DNA of 63,128 nucleotides, counting the filler, from Aduncisulcus paluster (Eukaryota): the NCBI GenBank assembly GCA_024181965.1. It is 8 parts of 8 records of this genome, joined end to end, with 100 filler letters (N's around TTAATTAATTAA, not from the genome) between each part and the next. Parts side by side here need not be neighbours in the genome. Positions count along the whole stretch, not along the records: positions 42,984 to 48,171 come from BQXS01011019.1; positions 48,272 to 57,069 come from BQXS01011020.1; positions 57,170 to 63,128 come from BQXS01011021.1; 5 more parts are not named here. One strand, 5' to 3'. Below the pieces are notes generated by a model. The model saw nothing but the letters and a program-made list of their open reading frames with translations, ran no database searches and had not been told where the DNA came from. Shown here in pieces: positions 46,791 to 58,104 of this stretch. Both the position numbers and the translations under genes were made by a program. Within the stretch, counting starts at the first letter, position 1; each line of letters opens with the position of its first letter.

Positions 46791-47402
46791 ATGGTATGTA
46801 TATATTTTGATATGGATATAAATAGGAGATAAATATTATTTTCTCATTATCTTACCTTATGCAATTTTTTTCTGTTTTTTTTTTTTCTGTGTTTAATTCG
46901 ATGATTTTAACTATAGTCTTCTATTGGACCCGGTGGATCAAGAGCCAGAACTGCTTTAACGCCTGAACAAAAGCAAGAAATTCGTGAAGCCTTTGATATC
47001 TTTGATACTGAAGGAAACGGGACAATTGACACAAAAGAATTGCGAGTTGCTATTCGCGCTCTTGGATTTGAGCCATCACGTGATGAACTCAAGCGTATGG
47101 TTGCTGAAACTGATCGTGAAGGAACTGGAACGATTGATTTTAATGGATTTCTTGAAGTTATGACTGTGAAAATGGCTGATCGGGATTCAAATGAAGAAAT
47201 TATGAAAGCTTTCCGTCTTTTAGACTCTGATGACACAGGATATATTACATTTGACAATCTTAAACGGGTAGCCAAGGAGTTGGGAGAGGGCATCACTGAT
47301 GATGAATTGAGGGAAATGATTGACGAAGCAGACCGTTCGGGAACAGGACAAATATCACAAGAAGATTTTCTCAGAATTATGCGTAGAACTCAATTGTTGT
47401 AA
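46791..47402 (+). CDS. CETN: Centrin (caltractin), join(46791..46793,46917..47402), 162 aa
   Basis: [38 protein letters not shown], four EF-hands, C-terminal [11 protein letters not shown] supplied by a 3-nt coding exon. Confidence 0.93.
46794..46916 (+). other. Spliceosomal intron, 123 nt
   Basis: GTATGT donor directly after ATG, T-rich interior, TTTAAC-TATAG end; splicing gives in-frame M-SSIGPGG. Confidence 0.85.
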
Positions 47403-47473
47403 AATCATCACTATACTGGGTAATAAATTTAAATTGATCTTTTACTCGAATTATTGAGTATGCTTAAAACTAT

Positions 47474-47740
47474 ATTGCCGGAACTCGATATGAGTGTATT
47501 ATATTCAGTAAATATGTGCGCTATATCCAATAGGGTATCATAAACCCACATGTGGCATGTGGAACATTGCCGGAACTAGATATGGATCGATTAGATATAG
47601 TAAATTGTGCTCAGTTATAGATCTAGCGCCGCTATCAAACTACACCATGTGGCAATAGAGCATTGCCGGAATAGCTATCAGGATTATATATATGAGTAAA
47701 TTGGCTTACGCTCAAGGATTAGTGTTGTTATCAACCACAG
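47474..47740 (+). repeat. Three-unit diverged tandem array (periods 92 and 96 nt) with conserved boxes
   Basis: ATTGCCGGAA at 47474/47566/47662; AGTAAAT at 47507/47599/47695; TATCA..AAC; CATGTGGCA in units 1-2. Confidence 0.85.
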
Positions 47741-47801
47741 TATATATACTTGTGTTCGTTTTAACTACCTAATTTTTGCTTTTCTTAATTAATTCTTAAT
47801 C

Positions 47802-48171
47802 ATGTTATCGGTCGAAGTCCAAACACCTAAGCTCGGCAAACTGAGCAAGGATAATTGGATAAAATTCACTAATGAGTTCAAAACTTATAAAAACAGAGGT
47901 GGAACTGAACAGTGGATGAGTTTGATAGATCCAAGAAGGATGGGGTCATTAAAGGCAATGTACCTTGCAAAACTTGATGATTATGAAGAAAAATTGAATA
48001 ATTATTCAATTAAATTTAACAAGGCCGATGAGAATCTGGAAAAAGCGAAAGAGGAGTATGATTCGACGGATTCAAAGGAAAAAACAAAGAAAGACCAACT
48101 AAAGAAGAAGTTGGAAAAGCTGGAAGGGGACGTCCGTAAATATTCCGATAAGATATTGTCCACACGTGACG
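47802..48171 (+). CDS. N-terminus of a possible retroelement gag-like protein, 3'-partial
   Basis: PKLGKLSKDNWIKFTNEFKTYKNRGG followed by a coiled coil; truncated at the contig end. The gag call is recalled resemblance only; no pol motifs are visible. Confidence 0.4.
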
Positions 48172-48271
48172 NNNNNNNNNNNNNNNNNNNNNNNNNNNNN
48201 NNNNNNNNNNNNNNNTTAATTAATTAANNNNNNNNNNNNNNNNNNNNNNNNNNNNNNNNNNNNNNNNNNNN
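48172..48271. other. Artificial contig linker
   Basis: N44-TTAATTAATTAA-N44. Confidence 0.98.
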
Positions 48272-48669
48272 GATTATTACTCCAGGAGGAATAGATCCAC
48301 ACGTTCACTTAAATTATCCACAGGGAGGCTATCGTAATTTCAGCGCTGATAATTGGTACACTGGAACCTCAGCAGCTGTTGCCGGAGGAACAACGACTGT
48401 TATTGATTTTATTAAGGATTTTATTGAGGCCTCATCGAGTTTCTTCTGAATCATACTCCTCAACTCTTGATAAACGCAAGAAAGAGGCCGAAGAGGGTGC
48501 CGTTGCCGATTTTACCCTTCCCATGACCATGAATATGACTGCTCCCACGCATTTATCTGAGATTCCCGATATTATTTCCAAGGGAGTCCGTTCATTCAAG
48601 ATATACCTTGCATACGATGGTATTCGTCTCACGTCAGCCCAGTTAATCCGAATGAAATTCCAACTCTAA
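48272..48669 (+). pseudogene. Dihydropyrimidinase/D-hydantoinase (cyclic amidohydrolase) fragment, frameshifted and truncated
   Basis: Frame from 48273: [10 protein letters not shown]...[23 protein letters not shown], stop at 48447. The +1 frame continues ...GAVADF...GVRSFKIYLAY and ends in a repeat. Confidence 0.8.
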
Positions 48670-48880
48670 CTCCAACTCCAACTCCAACTCCAATGCCAGA
48701 TTCCGATCATCCGATACATCTGGGACTGAGATTTGTGCTTTGTGTTCCTTGTCTTTGGAATGTGGGCCATCTGTCATCTATCAAAGCTCTACCATGAAGA
48801 AATGAGTAACTCATACTCGAAAGATGAACAAACAGCATACTCGAACACCAAACAACAATAACCAACACCAACCAACCTAC
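48660..48880 (+). repeat. Dispersed repeat copy A, headed by (CTCCAA)n
   Basis: Shares GATCATCCGATACAT, ACTGAGATTTGTGCT, GGAATGTGGG and TGTCATCTATCAAAGCTCTACCATGAAGAAAT with 53971-54236. Confidence 0.88.
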
Positions 48881-49425
48881 AACGAACCTACAACCCCCAC
48901 AGTGTCATATTGATTGAATCACGTGTGACTGGTACAATTGCCTGGTATTTCCTCCAATGGCAAAGGGATTTAGGACCTCCATCATTCCAATTTTTTAGAT
49001 AAAAACTATCATTCTGTCTCAGAAAGGTCTGACCTTCTGGTATGTTGTGAGTGCTTTGATTTTCCTGGACCTTATTTATTATCAAAAGCAAATGTTAGCT
49101 TTTGGATATATGCGATAATTAAATTATTTTAAATTGATTTACGGGTTTGTTTCATATTTCTAAACTCGATTTCTATTCGCTCTCTAATATTTGTCTTTTT
49201 GTTAAATAAACATGATTATTACCCAAAGATATTATACTGTACTATACTGTACTAATTATTTCATGCTAAAGTGACCAGCTGTGAGTATAACAACAATGTG
49301 TAATAATGTGTACATTAAGGAAATCTGTTGACTTCCCCCAAAATTTATTTTGCGACCTTCTTGCCATTTTTACGCATATCTCGTTTCAATTTTGAAAGGA
49401 AAATAATTTTTTATTCCATAAAACC

Positions 49426-51231
49426 ATGAAAATGCAGTCACAATCACTGTTTTCATTTCCTTATGACTTTCTTCCAATGGCAAAGGAATCCAGTCCATAT
49501 AATGTTTTATTCCATGAAGAACCAATATTATGTGATAAATCCGATATTTTTCAGTTTTCTCCATCAAGTCCTGGTCATGGGATCGGCGATTCTTTGTTTT
49601 GCAGCCCCGACGATTTTATCGTTCCTTCCCAATGTAATTACTCCGATAAATTATGCCAAAAAACTCGCATCCATTCATTAGAGTCATCTTCCCCATCATC
49701 CGAAAATGATTCTCACATCACTTCCAATTCATTCCGTATCTCATCTAATTCCGCTCATAAAGACTATAAAGACATTATTTCTTCATCTACTCTCCAAATA
49801 ACTCCCTTGGAACAAATTCAGTTTCCTGAATTATCGCTATTTCACCCCTTTTATCCACTTGAAGAAATAGACCATGATTATGCAAGGTCGACGCATCTTC
49901 TCTCAGTTTTATCACGATTTGATTATGTTCCAAAGACATATCTTCTTCCCCCTCCCAAAAAAGAGGAAATAGTTTCCAAATCATCATCTCCTGAACATAA
50001 ATTTCACTCTGTGCCATCTGTGCTTTCTATTGAGGATTATGCATCAAATTTACACATATATCAAACATCTATTGGGACCAACAAAGACTTCATTACATCT
50101 GAAACTGCAGAATTCTCCCCTACTCCACGATCTTCCTCAATACCGACTATATCCCCTTCAAAAAGTCCAAAAGACGAAGAAATAGAAGATCTAGCCGATA
50201 AACACGAACAAAACGAAGCCCAAGACGAAGAAAACGGTGAAAATAGCGATAGAGAGGAAAAATATAAAGAAGAAGAGGAACTTGTTCAGATTGAATCTGA
50301 CGATGATATCTATCAATGTTCCAAATCACTGTATGTGTCTCATTATGAACCCAGATCGCGTGGAATTGATCGGGAACAGTTATATTCCTTTGGTATTATG
50401 TGTGGATTAATATCGTTCTATCTCGGGAGTAGTGTCAAACCTAAGATAAGGAGAAATAGGAAGATATTCTGTGAGCGGTTGTGTGATTCTCAAGTAACTG
50501 GATTGACTTATAAGAAATTATTGAGTGGGTTCCTGAAGAACAAGTATGTCGGGTGTGCTCGAACCATTCATGAAAGAGCTGTTACTGTCTTTGATGCTAT
50601 GCGTAAACATGTCATGTTAATTTTAAGGCCTGACGATGATCTTCATGTTCAGGGCAAGAAAGATTATGACTCAGATATTAGAAGTTCTGATACCACTGAG
50701 AGTTTAATACATACTGACTCTTCCTTGGTGGTCCCTATTGGAAACAATGGTCAAGGTGCCGATTGTGCTGATGGAGATGGTAGTGCTGATGATGTTGCTT
50801 GTGATTGTACTACTCGTCCATCTTCCAGTGTGTCTTCCAGTACCGATTCCTTTATTAGAGCTGTGGTTGATGGTTTTGTAACAGAGGAGAAAAAAGCGAA
50901 TAGTCTCATTCAGATTATTCGTCCACCCTTATTGCAATGGCTCACATACTACCATTTCTGTCAAAGTGATCTCATTGACTCCCTTGATGCTGTTCTCGCA
51001 AAGGACTTTAAAAGACGCTATGGTGTACGCCAATGTTGCAAAAAGAAGAAACGATCATCCTCTTCCTCTTCCTCTTCCTCTTCCTCTTCATACACTTCTC
51101 CTTACTCCTCCTCTTCTTCTTCTTACTCTTCCTCCAGGTTTACTCGGTCAAAGAGATCTTTCAGAGCATCTACGATGAGAAAGGCTTCTAAGGGATTTGG
51201 TGGATCTGTCTCAAGAAATGGGAGTCTATAA
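49426..51231 (+). CDS. Hypothetical Ser-rich protein, 601 aa
   Basis: ATG-initiated long ORF; no recognised domain. Confidence 0.75.
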   Translation: MKMQSQSLFSFPYDFLPMAKESSPYNVLFHEEPILCDKSDIFQFSPSSPGHGIGDSLFCSPDDFIVPSQCNYSDKLCQKTRIHSLESSSPSSENDSHITSNSFRISSNSAHKDYKDIISSSTLQITPLEQIQFPELSLFHPFYPLEEIDHDYARSTHLLSVLSRFDYVPKTYLLPPPKKEEIVSKSSSPEHKFHSVPSVLSIEDYASNLHIYQTSIGTNKDFITSETAEFSPTPRSSSIPTISPSKSPKDEEIEDLADKHEQNEAQDEENGENSDREEKYKEEEELVQIESDDDIYQCSKSLYVSHYEPRSRGIDREQLYSFGIMCGLISFYLGSSVKPKIRRNRKIFCERLCDSQVTGLTYKKLLSGFLKNKYVGCARTIHERAVTVFDAMRKHVMLILRPDDDLHVQGKKDYDSDIRSSDTTESLIHTDSSLVVPIGNNGQGADCADGDGSADDVACDCTTRPSSSVSSSTDSFIRAVVDGFVTEEKKANSLIQIIRPPLLQWLTYYHFCQSDLIDSLDAVLAKDFKRRYGVRQCCKKKKRSSSSSSSSSSSSYTSPYSSSSSSYSSSRFTRSKRSFRASTMRKASKGFGGSVSRNGSL

Positions 51232-52284
51232 ATAGAGATATAAAAATATAAATAGAGATATATAGAATATAAAACAGAACGGAATGTCATATTCTTTTTG
51301 TCACGTTGTACTGTTGCTATACTGTAGCTGTCCTATACATGTACATGACTTGTATAGGATGTACTTATAATTATACAATCTTCAGTTATCTGAGAAAAAC
51401 AGTAAGATGAGGGAAGTATTGTTCTGTGTGTGATCTTTGAAGACTATACTGAACAGAGTCAGCATGTACCAAACTATACACTCATTCACTCGTCACGTGT
51501 CCTACAGGCACATATTATTCTTGGCACATATTTTGTCATATTATTCTTCACTCTCTAATTAGTGGTCCTATCCATGTTTTATACTACTACAAAGGGTATT
51601 ATACGAATATTTATAAGAATACTTATCTCAATATACTTAGTATTGTATTATTGGTTTATTAAATCGTACGATCTCCTCCATTGAAAGTACATAATAGCCC
51701 TTTTGTTTTGTATCCATATCTGAATGAGGCCTGTGTGGTTGTGTCGACTGTCGTCCGGTTATAAGGAGTGCTTGTACAAGCCATTATGTATACGTATAAG
51801 TACTATGATTATAGAGTATTGTGGTATGGTTGAGATGATATAGTTGTATAATACAATATCAGAATAGTATCAATATAGACTTCTTCCTCATCCTCTCTCG
51901 CTGTATATCTGTGATACCTCAAGTCAATTGTCAATTATTACGATAGTGAAAAGAAGAGATAAGTGTGTGCCCGATATCTCATGGTTTTGTTTTTGAAAAA
52001 GATCAAGCTGGTTCAATATTATTTGAATTTTATTGAAGATATTGTTACTCTTATGGGGAAAAATAACGGGATAAAAATGTTAAAGATATGGTATTCCTTT
52101 CTCCGAGAAATCGAGTCGATGGTAATATTTTTTTTGTTTTTTCGGTTTGACAATATATTTTATGATCCAATTCAAGGATTACTATCTTGCTACATTATTA
52201 TACAGTGTATAGTATTGTAAAGTATACGGTGCCATTCAGATTTACGAGTTATCCTCTTCAATTTAGTAACTGCTCGTTGTTCAT

Positions 52285-53153
52285 ATCATTGAGTCACCGC
52301 TTTTAAACCGATCTTATTCGGCGATGAAGATAGGATCAGATTAAATAATTATTAAATAATTTATCTCCAGAACAACGGAGGAAAATATTGGCATTTCACA
52401 ACGCAGAGAGTGGAGAGGTGCCCGTAAAGGTGGAAATGGTATGTGGGTTTGGAATATACGGATCTGTGAATCCGTGTGCATGAGTATTGTGATGGAGCAA
52501 ACTGTACATCAAGATTTATTTATTTTCTATTTTTTAGACTCTTTTATAATTTTTTTTTTAATATTTATTTATTCTACTCTTCCTCCATTTTCTTTATGAC
52601 CAATTATGTATCTAGTTGGTTGATATTGGTTATTTTGGTCCTATATAAGAAAGTATAACAAGTATAAATCTCATATTTGGTTTGTGTTTTGTTCTTTTTT
52701 GTTGTTTTNNNNNNNNNNNNNNNNNNNNATCATTGAGTCACCGCTTTTAAACCGATCTTATTCGGCGATGAAGATAGGATCAGATTAAATAATTATTAAA
52801 TAATTTATCTCCAGAACAACGGAGGAAAATATTGGCATTTCACAACGCAGAGAGTGGAGAGGTGCCCGTAAAGGTGGAAATGGTATGTGGGTTTGGAATA
52901 TACGGATCTGTGAATCCGTGTGCATGAGTATTGTGATGGAGCAAACTGTACATCAAGATTTATTTATTTTCTATTTTTTAGACTCTTTTATAATTTTTTT
53001 TTTTAATATTTATTTATTCTACTCTTCCACCATTTTCTTTATGACCAATTATGTATCTAGTTGGTTGATATTGGTTATTTTGGTCCTATATAAGAAAGTA
53101 TAACAAGTATAAATCTCATATTTGGTTTGTGTTTTGTTCTTTTTTGTTGTTTT
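52285..53153. repeat. ~424-bp duplication flanking the N20 gap (52285-52708 vs 52729-53153); assembly overlap
   Basis: Near-identical; one substitution (TTCCTCC vs TTCCACC) and one extra T in a homopolymer. Confidence 0.92.
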
Positions 53154-53970
53154 TTGTTGTTTGTTGTACTTTTTTTTGGTTATCTAGGGTCTTATTTCGA
53201 GTTAATTATCTGTAATTATTATGATAATAATATTATCTGTAATTATTATCAATATTTTGTTGTTTCTACAGTATAGAACATTATATGTATTATGCTGTGA
53301 GTGTATGAGTAATACTCATTGAGTATAATAAATATAATTGCCAGTCTAGCCCAGAATATAATATTCTAATGATAATATTCCATCTTCTAAACTTTAGAAT
53401 CTAGAGATGCAGCTTTGTGAGAGAGTCCACAGTGAAAGGACCACACAGTACAATATAGTTGGTATAATTGAATGAATCCGGTTAAAATATTTCTTAATAT
53501 ACATCTAATAAAAGATGTGACATATAGTAAACATACAATTTGCTTGTTTGCCAAGAAATCGAAAAAATGGAGGACTGAACAAGCAACCCTTCAATAGATA
53601 AGATTGGAAATTTAAAAAAACGCATATAAACGAGTTAAATGCTGGTAAATGATAAAAACATGTTTTATTTTCATTTCCATGCCATGGTGTTAATTCTCGA
53701 TATCTCAGGCTTTTGGAGAACCATCAGGACTGGATATAGTTCCATTTCACGTGTTAAGAACATTTATGAACGATTTCAATGCTATTCAATAACATGGATA
53801 TATTTCCATTTCATTTCTATCCTTATCCTTGCCTTTCTGTTTCATTTTCACTTGCTTTTGCTTACAATCAAAAATATCAAGAACTCGGAATATGATGGTA
53901 TACATATGTCTGTATACTGCTATGAATCTAATCCCCTGATGCTTCATGGAACACGACATTTCCCCGCAGT

Positions 53971-54236
53971 CAACTCCAACTCCAACTCCAACTCCAACTC
54001 CAATGCCAATGCCAACTCCAATGCCAGACCATGATCATCCGATACATTTAATACTGAGATTTGTGCTCTGTGTTATTGTCTTAGGAATGTGGGGCATCTG
54101 ACATCTGTCATCTGTCATTTGTCATCTATCAAAGCTCTACCATGAAGAAATAATAATTAATTCCGTATGACTATGAAGGAGTAGTACTCCAAAGATGAAC
54201 TATCAGCACATCATCTAACAACAACCAACAGCAACC
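53971..54236 (+). repeat. Dispersed repeat copy B
   Basis: Homologous to 48660-48880, with an expanded 7-mer (TGTCATC) and small indels. Confidence 0.88.
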
Positions 54237-55107
54237 ATTAATATGTTCTGATTTTCACCCTTTTCCCCATTTCCTATCTTGTTTATCTTTATTTGAACAA
54301 TCATGGTCTTACTGAGTCATTGGTCGGCAACCAAGCGGCTTGAAATCTCTATTCAATAGAGCTCTGGAAGTTCGAGAAATCATTCTTCATATCTCGATAA
54401 TATCATTCCTTGTTATCTCTTTCTTTGCGGGTTTTTTATTTCATTGCATTGGGAATGTGACTCTTTTGCAACATATTCTCCTCACAACAAGAACCAGAGG
54501 AGGAATTTCTTTCTTGATGGCATTTTTAAGTTCTTTATGAATGATTTTCGGTTGTTTTTTTGATAATATCATTATTTTCCATTATAAGCTTGATTGACAT
54601 TACTGTTTATGGAGAAATCATTTGATTGGACTGGAAATGACTCGATTATGGGAAATTTGGGTTGCTTTGGATCTAATTTTTGCTTTCAAAGCAAAGCAAG
54701 TTGATTTTTTTTTTCTTTGGATCTGGTGGCTTAGTTATAGAATAAAATAAAGTAAATTTGTAAATCCAATCGATTGTATGCCCGAGATCTTGAAGTTTAT
54801 TCGATGAGTTCTTCGATTTCATGAGTTATTCATTGAGGATTCTCTCAACAGCTCCTAGCTAATATAACAGTTTTTAAAAATTTATATTTCGCTTTTTCAT
54901 TTTTGTTTTATTATGATCTTCTGTTTACATTGCTTCATTTTATCATTATTACCAGTTCAACATTTTTGCCATCGATTTTGTCCATAATTTAATTAGTAGG
55001 GATTTATAGCTTCTTAAATCCATACTAATATACGCATATCTGCTAATTATTTTCCGTTTTGTATTGATTAATCCATTGAATTAACTGGAAATATAAAGTC
55101 TCACAAA

Positions 55108-57069
55108 ATGTCTGCTGGTTTGGTCAAAAATTTCAGATTTTCATCCGTAGTTTTATTTATTATTGTCATATCAATTCACACTTATTTTTCCCAAGCTCAT
55201 TCGATCGATCCACCAATGGATGATCCTCATCATATCCCATATGCGAATGAAGCTGATTCCACGATTGGAAACGAAGGAGAGTCCACATTTGATTATTCCA
55301 ATTCCGATCATGTTATTAATTCCTCTGTCCACAATCCTTTTGATCCGAAGAGAGTTTATTCCTCAAATAATTCCTCAAATAATTCAGAGCTATTTCATGA
55401 GGAACCGACTACAACCAATTCATCAGCCATAAATCGCAAGTATCCAGCATCTGAGGATATTTCTTTCAGTGCCACTCCATCTCGGTCCCTTTCTTCTGAG
55501 TCTTTGGAGGAATTGAACAATATGAACAATATGAACGAACCATTTGAGGATAAATCGAATTATTCTGACCTTACCACTGGTCTTTCAAACTCTTCATACT
55601 CCTCTTCTTCTTCTCCCCCAAACTCTGACTCTACCCTTGCTTCGATTCGTCATCCCTTTGTGTCATCCAAATCTGACTACTATTATGGTTCAGATGAGAG
55701 TGACCCATTGTTTTCTGTGGCCGTTTATTATATATACCAGGTTTATTTCTTCATCGGAGGCGTCTTAGTTATCCTTCTTTTCTTGGGATTTGCCTGTTGC
55801 GATAATTCTTGTGAGTGTCTGGACTCTTTGACACAATTTATTATTTCCATCTCTCCTTTCGCTGCAGGATTGTTGCTTCCTCAGGGTCTTTTAATGCTTG
55901 TGTATGACGAAGAATATAGTTACTCTCATCTTGTAACTGTCGGGCTTGTCGTGGGTGGTTTCTTTGTATTTGTTGAGATGATAGTTTGTAAGGATGCTAA
56001 CTTGATTCGTGATCTGGCCGATTTCATTTGTGGCAGCTCTTCAATGACATCGTTGGTCTGGATTGTCCCAGTGTTCCCCATATTCTTCATGATATGGCTC
56101 CCCATCGTATATTCTGACAAGTTCATCTCCTCTGAATACTTGAAATTTAGCTACACAACGGAAGAAATGACGACTTTTTACAGTTTGTTCAGCATGTTTT
56201 TGGCACTATTATTTTCAGGTGGATCTGGAATGGCGGCAGCATTGATAGCATTCGGTTCATCATCTTCCCCTCTATTCATTGTAAGCATATTGGGAGCTCT
56301 CATTGGCTTAATTGGTTTGATTGTGATTAGTATTGTTGGAGCACAAAACAAAGACGCTTACAAACGAAAATGTGCAAATACAATTTCCATGAACCCACCG
56401 ATTATTTCTAATCCGATCATAACACCTCCTCCTCCATCACATCCCATCTCCCATGTTCCAAAGCCTGTCCCATCTCAAACAATGCCAATACAGAATATAG
56501 CAGTCATTTCAACACAGCCAATTACACCCAAGCGGCCATATGTGTCACCCAGCACAGCCAAAGGTTCCCTTGTGATGACAGCTGCTGAAAGAACTCGGAA
56601 AGAGCAATTCGAGCGAGCACAAAGAATGAAAGACGGTAAAGTAGAGCAAGAGAAGAGAGACAAAGAAGAGGCTGAGAGAAAGAGGCGAGAAGAGGCCAAA
56701 AGAAAGCAAGAAGAGGAGAGGAAGAAGAAAGAAGAAGCCGAGAGAAAAAAGCAAAACGATGAGATCAGACGCAAAGACGAAGAGATTCGCAAAAGAAAAG
56801 AGGAAGAAGAGGCAAAGAGGCAGAAAGATGAGAAAGAAAAGGAACAGAAACGGCGTGACTTGATCAAAGAGGTTAAAGCTTTGCAACAACAGATTGAAGA
56901 AACTCCCTCTGTTAGTGATAGTGATGGTCATAGTCATATTACTCAACCAAAACCTTCTTCTTCTTCTTCTTCTTCTTCTTCTTCTTCAATCTCGCACGAC
57001 AAACACGTTCCAAAGAAGAAATCGTATATCTTGCTCTCGTCAGAAGGAATGGAATCCCATTGCATCATC
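55108..57069 (+). CDS. Signal peptide, multi-TM region, Pro-rich linker and charged coiled coil; 3'-partial
   Basis: N-terminal hydrophobic leader, Ser/Asn-rich ectodomain, about 7 hydrophobic segments, E/K/R-rich helix; open to the linker. Confidence 0.8.
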
Positions 57070-57169
57070 NNNNNNNNNNNNNNNNNNNNNNNNNNNNNNN
57101 NNNNNNNNNNNNNTTAATTAATTAANNNNNNNNNNNNNNNNNNNNNNNNNNNNNNNNNNNNNNNNNNNN
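57070..57169. other. Artificial contig linker
   Basis: N44-TTAATTAATTAA-N44. Confidence 0.98.
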
Positions 57170-58104
57170 CAAAATATCGTAATGAGGGATATATTCTCAA
57201 AGCTATGTGGAATGGCATTCCTTTCTCACAAGAGCCCATTGGAAGGGCTGAGTGTGTTATTCCGGACTTTTTGTCTGTATGTTCCAAAACTCCACCCGTT
57301 GATACTGTTCATATTCCTGTCTTGATCAAAAAATTCATTATTCTTTCGGAGGGTGTTGATTCGAGAAAGTATTATATGAAGATTCTTCAAAGGTATTTAC
57401 TTGCAGATAAATTGCACTGTCCATATCTTATTCCACTTTTGACTTCCTTTCGAGAGTTGCACATCACCCAATTTAACAAGCAATTTGGTGTGTTTGTCAT
57501 GCCATTCTATGAGAAAGGGGATCTTTCGATGTGGATAACATCTCCTAATATCAAACCCTCAGATCTGTTCCACGTATTGATTTGTGTTCTTAAGGGCCTT
57601 GAAGCACTAATATCCAAAGGTCTTGTGCACTGTGATATCAAACCCCAGAATATCCTCATTGACGATGCTGGGAATGGCATTTTGTGTGATTTTGAAGGAA
57701 TTGTTGATAATATGGGAAAGAACTTGAGGAAAACGATGGACCTTGTATGTTTTCTATATGTTGCCCCAGAGTTAAAAGTTACTGAAAATCCTCACCCAAC
57801 CCACAAATCGGACATGTATTCATTTGGAGCCATGTTAAAGATAGATATCAAAGAGTATTTCTGGAAATATCTTCATCGACCATATCCTCAAATCCTTCAC
57901 GACATTGAAGTCAAATGTTGTGACGATAATCCTGCTAACCGTCCTGATGCACACGATGTTTTAGAATGGATTTGCTCTGATATTGGTTTTCGCGAGAAAA
58001 GGTATGATAAATTCGATGATGAATCTTCCGACAAGAAAGAGGATAAATGTGACGAAGTATCTGCCGAAACAGAAGAAGAGAAAATGGAGGAAGATGAATT
58101 ATAG
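57170..58104 (+). CDS. Divergent protein kinase domain, 5'-partial
   Basis: VLIKK, VHCDIKPQNIL, DFE in place of DFG, YVAPE, KSDMYSFG, DNPANRP; frame open from 57172. Confidence 0.88.

Noticed and set aside
47474-47740. Canonical CRISPR array, tRNA cluster or hammerhead ribozymes
   Set aside because: Conserved boxes are only 7-10 nt, intervals are partly homologous, and there are no cas genes, no cloverleaf/TTCG arm and no CTGATGA...GAAA core.
52371-52444. Possible micro-exon (CAG|...ATG|GTATGT)
   Set aside because: No convincing downstream coding exon found; lies in the gap-flanking duplicate.
5373-57169. Recurring TTAATTAATTAA within N runs as a biological repeat
   Set aside because: Identical 100-nt synthetic contig spacer with six-frame stops.
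55108-58104. Multi-TM protein plus kinase as one receptor kinase
   Set aside because: The two parts are on different contigs separated by an artificial linker, so linkage cannot be inferred.
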